Shown: positions 61,530 to 64,000 of the stretch, one piece after another | How positions within the stretch are numbered: the first letter of the stretch is position 1 | Layout of the letters: the number at the start of each line of letters is the position of its first letter | Source: Candidatus Cloacimonadales bacterium | GTDB lineage: Bacteria; Cloacimonadota; Cloacimonadia; Cloacimonadales; JAIOQZ01 | Assembly (NCBI GenBank): GCA_963662655.2 | Contig: CAXXTU010000002.1 | Coordinates: 2,048,001 to 2,112,000 of the forward strand | Direction of reading: 5' to 3' | DNA: 64,000 bases | Program-made: the position numbers and the translations under genes | Notes under the pieces: model-generated | The model's database searches: none | What the model was told of the DNA's origin: nothing | Seen by the model: only the letters and a program-made list of their open reading frames with translations

Positions 61530-62156
61530 TCAATCACCGCCACCCAGATAGGTGCGTTCGATTCCAAGTATGATCTTCAGTGAGGTTGCCACCATGCCCA
61601 GACCAACGCCCAACGCGATACCGCGTTTCGCGGCAAGGTTCGGAACGTTGAGGATCCAGGTCGTCGTTTCGGGAATGCCGATTTTTAGTGCGGCGCCCAG
61701 CGGGATACGTCCCAGCATCACGATGATAGCCGCAACCAGCAGAACGGTTGCCTCGATAGAGCGTGCGCGGAATGCCTTGTACGCAGCCGACGCGATGTAG
61801 AACGCCAGCAGCGAGAACATCGTCGCGCCCAGCGGCATCTGGATATTCTCGAATATCCACATATAGGGCGTTCCATCCTGGCGGCCCCAAATGAAGCCGG
61901 CTGCCGCCGTGCCAATCAGGCCCACGAATACAAATACACTATACTGCCAGTTATGTGCTTTTCTCTGGATTTTTGTGCCGTGAATCATGAACAAGCTCAT
62001 CACACCGAGGAGCACGAGAAACGGCGACATCGCCTTCGTCCATACCAGGTACCATTCGAAATAGAAGTCCTGGGATATCTTATGAGGAATGAAGACATGT
62101 GCCACAAAGGTGAAACCAAGTATGATCACGATCAGTAATGGAATGGTTCGTTTCAT
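61530..62156 (-). CDS. Conserved multi-TM membrane protein
   Basis: PLGATMFSLLAFYIASAAYKAFRAR, MLGRIPLG, PNLAAKRGI, ILGIER. Confidence 0.85.
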   Translation of the reverse strand: MKRTIPLLIVIILGFTFVAHVFIPHKISQDFYFEWYLVWTKAMSPFLVLLGVMSLFMIHGTKIQRKAHNWQYSVFVFVGLIGTAAAGFIWGRQDGTPYMWIFENIQMPLGATMFSLLAFYIASAAYKAFRARSIEATVLLVAAIIVMLGRIPLGAALKIGIPETTTWILNVPNLAAKRGIALGVGLGMVATSLKIILGIERTYLGGGD

Positions 62157-62166
62157 CTATCCTCCT

Positions 62167-64000
62167 CTATTTGTCCGGGAATGCTCTGATGAAGAAGGTC
62201 AGGTGGGACGACGAGAGCGCCGTACCGATGATGACCAGCGCCAGAATAATGAACTTGGCGTAGTCCTGAGCCTTCAGGGTTCCCAGCATCAGGGGCTCGC
62301 GGGCAAGGTAAGCCGCGGCCGCATACAATTCTTCACCGATAAGTGTGTAGTCACAAGTGGTAATAAAGAACGGGATCTGCGTAACCGCGTCCGTTCCGGA
62401 AATCTGAATCGCACCGGTGGTGCTACCGGTTTCGGTCATAATCAGCGATTCGGCGTAGAACATTCCAAGATAGAAGTTCGTTGCAGTTCTCTCGCGGATC
62501 ATGATACCGTTAACGCCGGCAACGTAAGCGAACTGAGACGTCGTCAGGAAGAACACGCTACCTTTATCGTAGGTGTCCGGGCGGCCAGCCTCATAGTGCG
62601 CTTCTTTCACGATTTCCTGTGCAATCGGCATGACGATGTAGTCGCGGCATGGAACGATAAGCTTCGTATCGTATTCGGCCGCCTTCTTCGCCACCTTGCC
62701 CAGAATCGCCAGCGCTGCAAGCGTTGCAACGTCGTTGAGACCAGACATACTCGGTACGAACAGGATCGGACGACCCATCTCCGTAGCGCGTCCGATCGCA
62801 TTATCGATTTCTTCGATACCGGCGATCGGGCGGAGATAGAAGTCGTGGCCCTTGCGTGCGCGACTGATCATGAAGAATACCATCCCACCGAAGATGATGG
62901 TTGCGATCAGCATGGCCCACTTGGAGGTGTCGAACCAGTTCGAGACAGGGAAGAACCTTTCGTTGCCTTTTGCGTCTTTGTAGACTTCCGACATACGGAA
63001 TGCAGCCTGACCGTCCGACTTGATCATGCGGTACTTGAAGTTACGGGCTGCTTTCTCGCGGATCTTCGCGATAAAGTGATTTCTTTTCTTATCGTCTTTA
63101 ATTTGGGCTGCTTTCGCAAGGATTTCGTTGTCAAGCTGTGCCGAGTAGTGATCGATATACATCTGAAAGTGATCTTTTTCGGCATCGGTGGCAGCGGAAT
63201 CTCGCTTTGCAGTGTATTCGTCAACGATCTCCTGAGCATCTTTCTTGTCTTCCTCGAGCACGGATCCGTAGATCGGGATGCTGATGGAAGCCTCGTTCTC
63301 GTAGTCGTAGTTTACAGACAACGAGGTGCTCACCAGGACAATACCTTTGTCCGCGTCATATTCGGAGACGCCTTTGAAGATACTGCGCTCGTAATTAATG
63401 GTGTCGTCGAGCTGACGCATGAAGCCGGAGAGTTTCTTCGCTTCGCGGAAATTGGCCGAGTTTGCCGGCTGCTTTGTGATCATGTAGTAGTAATCATCCA
63501 CGATCTCTGCGCCGTGCATCAACTTCCCTGGTTCCATCGAACGGGAGGTGTCGTTGAAGAAGAGTTCCTGCGTCAACACGTAGTCATCGCCAATCTCTTC
63601 GTCGTGGTTGGTTTTAAAGCGCATCGAGATCGTTACGCCATCCTTCAGATTGTAGCCGTTCGAGGCGGATACCTTGATCTTGTTATCCTGGTAGAACTCG
63701 TTGACGGTGTCAATCTGATTGCCGTCTTTATCAAAGACGTCGAAGTACATATTATAAATCTTGAAATGCTTGTTGGTCTGCGTTTCGTAGTTGACCAAGA
63801 GCTTCTTGATCGTGGAACGAATCAGTTCGCCGTCTTCGTCTTCTTCACGATCTTCGGAAATGATAACCGCTTTGGTAAGGTTCACGATGGGTTTACCCCA
63901 GAAAACGGTGTTGTAATCGCCTTTGTCGTTCTCCTTGTCTTCCACGGTAATGGCCGGAAGAGCTGGGAGGTCGGCATCGGATATCGTCTTTGTAACGATC
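62167..64000 (-). CDS. Second DUF6754-like protein, paralog of 56648-59452 (5' end outside the window)
   Basis: Frame stays open to the window edge; NEFYQDN, IDNAIGRATEMGRP and QIPFFITTCDYTLIGEELYA shared with the paralog. Confidence 0.85.
   Translation of the reverse strand, partial: IVTKTISDADLPALPAITVEDKENDKGDYNTVFWGKPIVNLTKAVIISEDREEDEDGELIRSTIKKLLVNYETQTNKHFKIYNMYFDVFDKDGNQIDTVNEFYQDNKIKVSASNGYNLKDGVTISMRFKTNHDEEIGDDYVLTQELFFNDTSRSMEPGKLMHGAEIVDDYYYMITKQPANSANFREAKKLSGFMRQLDDTINYERSIFKGVSEYDADKGIVLVSTSLSVNYDYENEASISIPIYGSVLEEDKKDAQEIVDEYTAKRDSAATDAEKDHFQMYIDHYSAQLDNEILAKAAQIKDDKKRNHFIAKIREKAARNFKYRMIKSDGQAAFRMSEVYKDAKGNERFFPVSNWFDTSKWAMLIATIIFGGMVFFMISRARKGHDFYLRPIAGIEEIDNAIGRATEMGRPILFVPSMSGLNDVATLAALAILGKVAKKAAEYDTKLIVPCRDYIVMPIAQEIVKEAHYEAGRPDTYDKGSVFFLTTSQFAYVAGVNGIMIRERTATNFYLGMFYAESLIMTETGSTTGAIQISGTDAVTQIPFFITTCDYTLIGEELYAAAAYLAREPLMLGTLKAQDYAKFIILALVIIGTALSSSHLTFFIRAFPDK

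Overview
Chromosomal region of a diderm bacterium, probably Candidatus Cloacimonadota (inferred from several secreted proteins ending in a 'PNP(F/T)N...K(A/M/I)(L/V)L(L/M)(K/R)' sorting-like domain and from the conserved membrane-protein cluster at the right end; not confirmed). Housekeeping genes: pruA, cmk-plsC-ispH-rpsA-aroK, uvrB, efp, Nif3 and glycosyltransferases. Also present: five secreted proteins with C-terminal sorting-like domains (one apparently frameshifted), two orphan MacB/FtsX permeases with sigma54-type promoters, an sAC-like cyclase-STAND-TPR protein, a hybrid histidine kinase, a partial flagellar cluster (flgI-flgJ-flgN-flgK-csrA-flgL-fliW) and an uncharacterised DUF6754-type membrane operon. 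The strongest signals are non-coding: (A) three sequence-divergent ~180-nt elements that all fold into the same four-way junction, (B) a second structured repeat family, two ~95% identical copies of which bracket the flagellar module, and (C) a Moco/Tuco-class riboswitch in front of a non-molybdoenzyme (P5C dehydrogenase). No rRNA, tRNA, CRISPR array, transposase or integrase was recognised.
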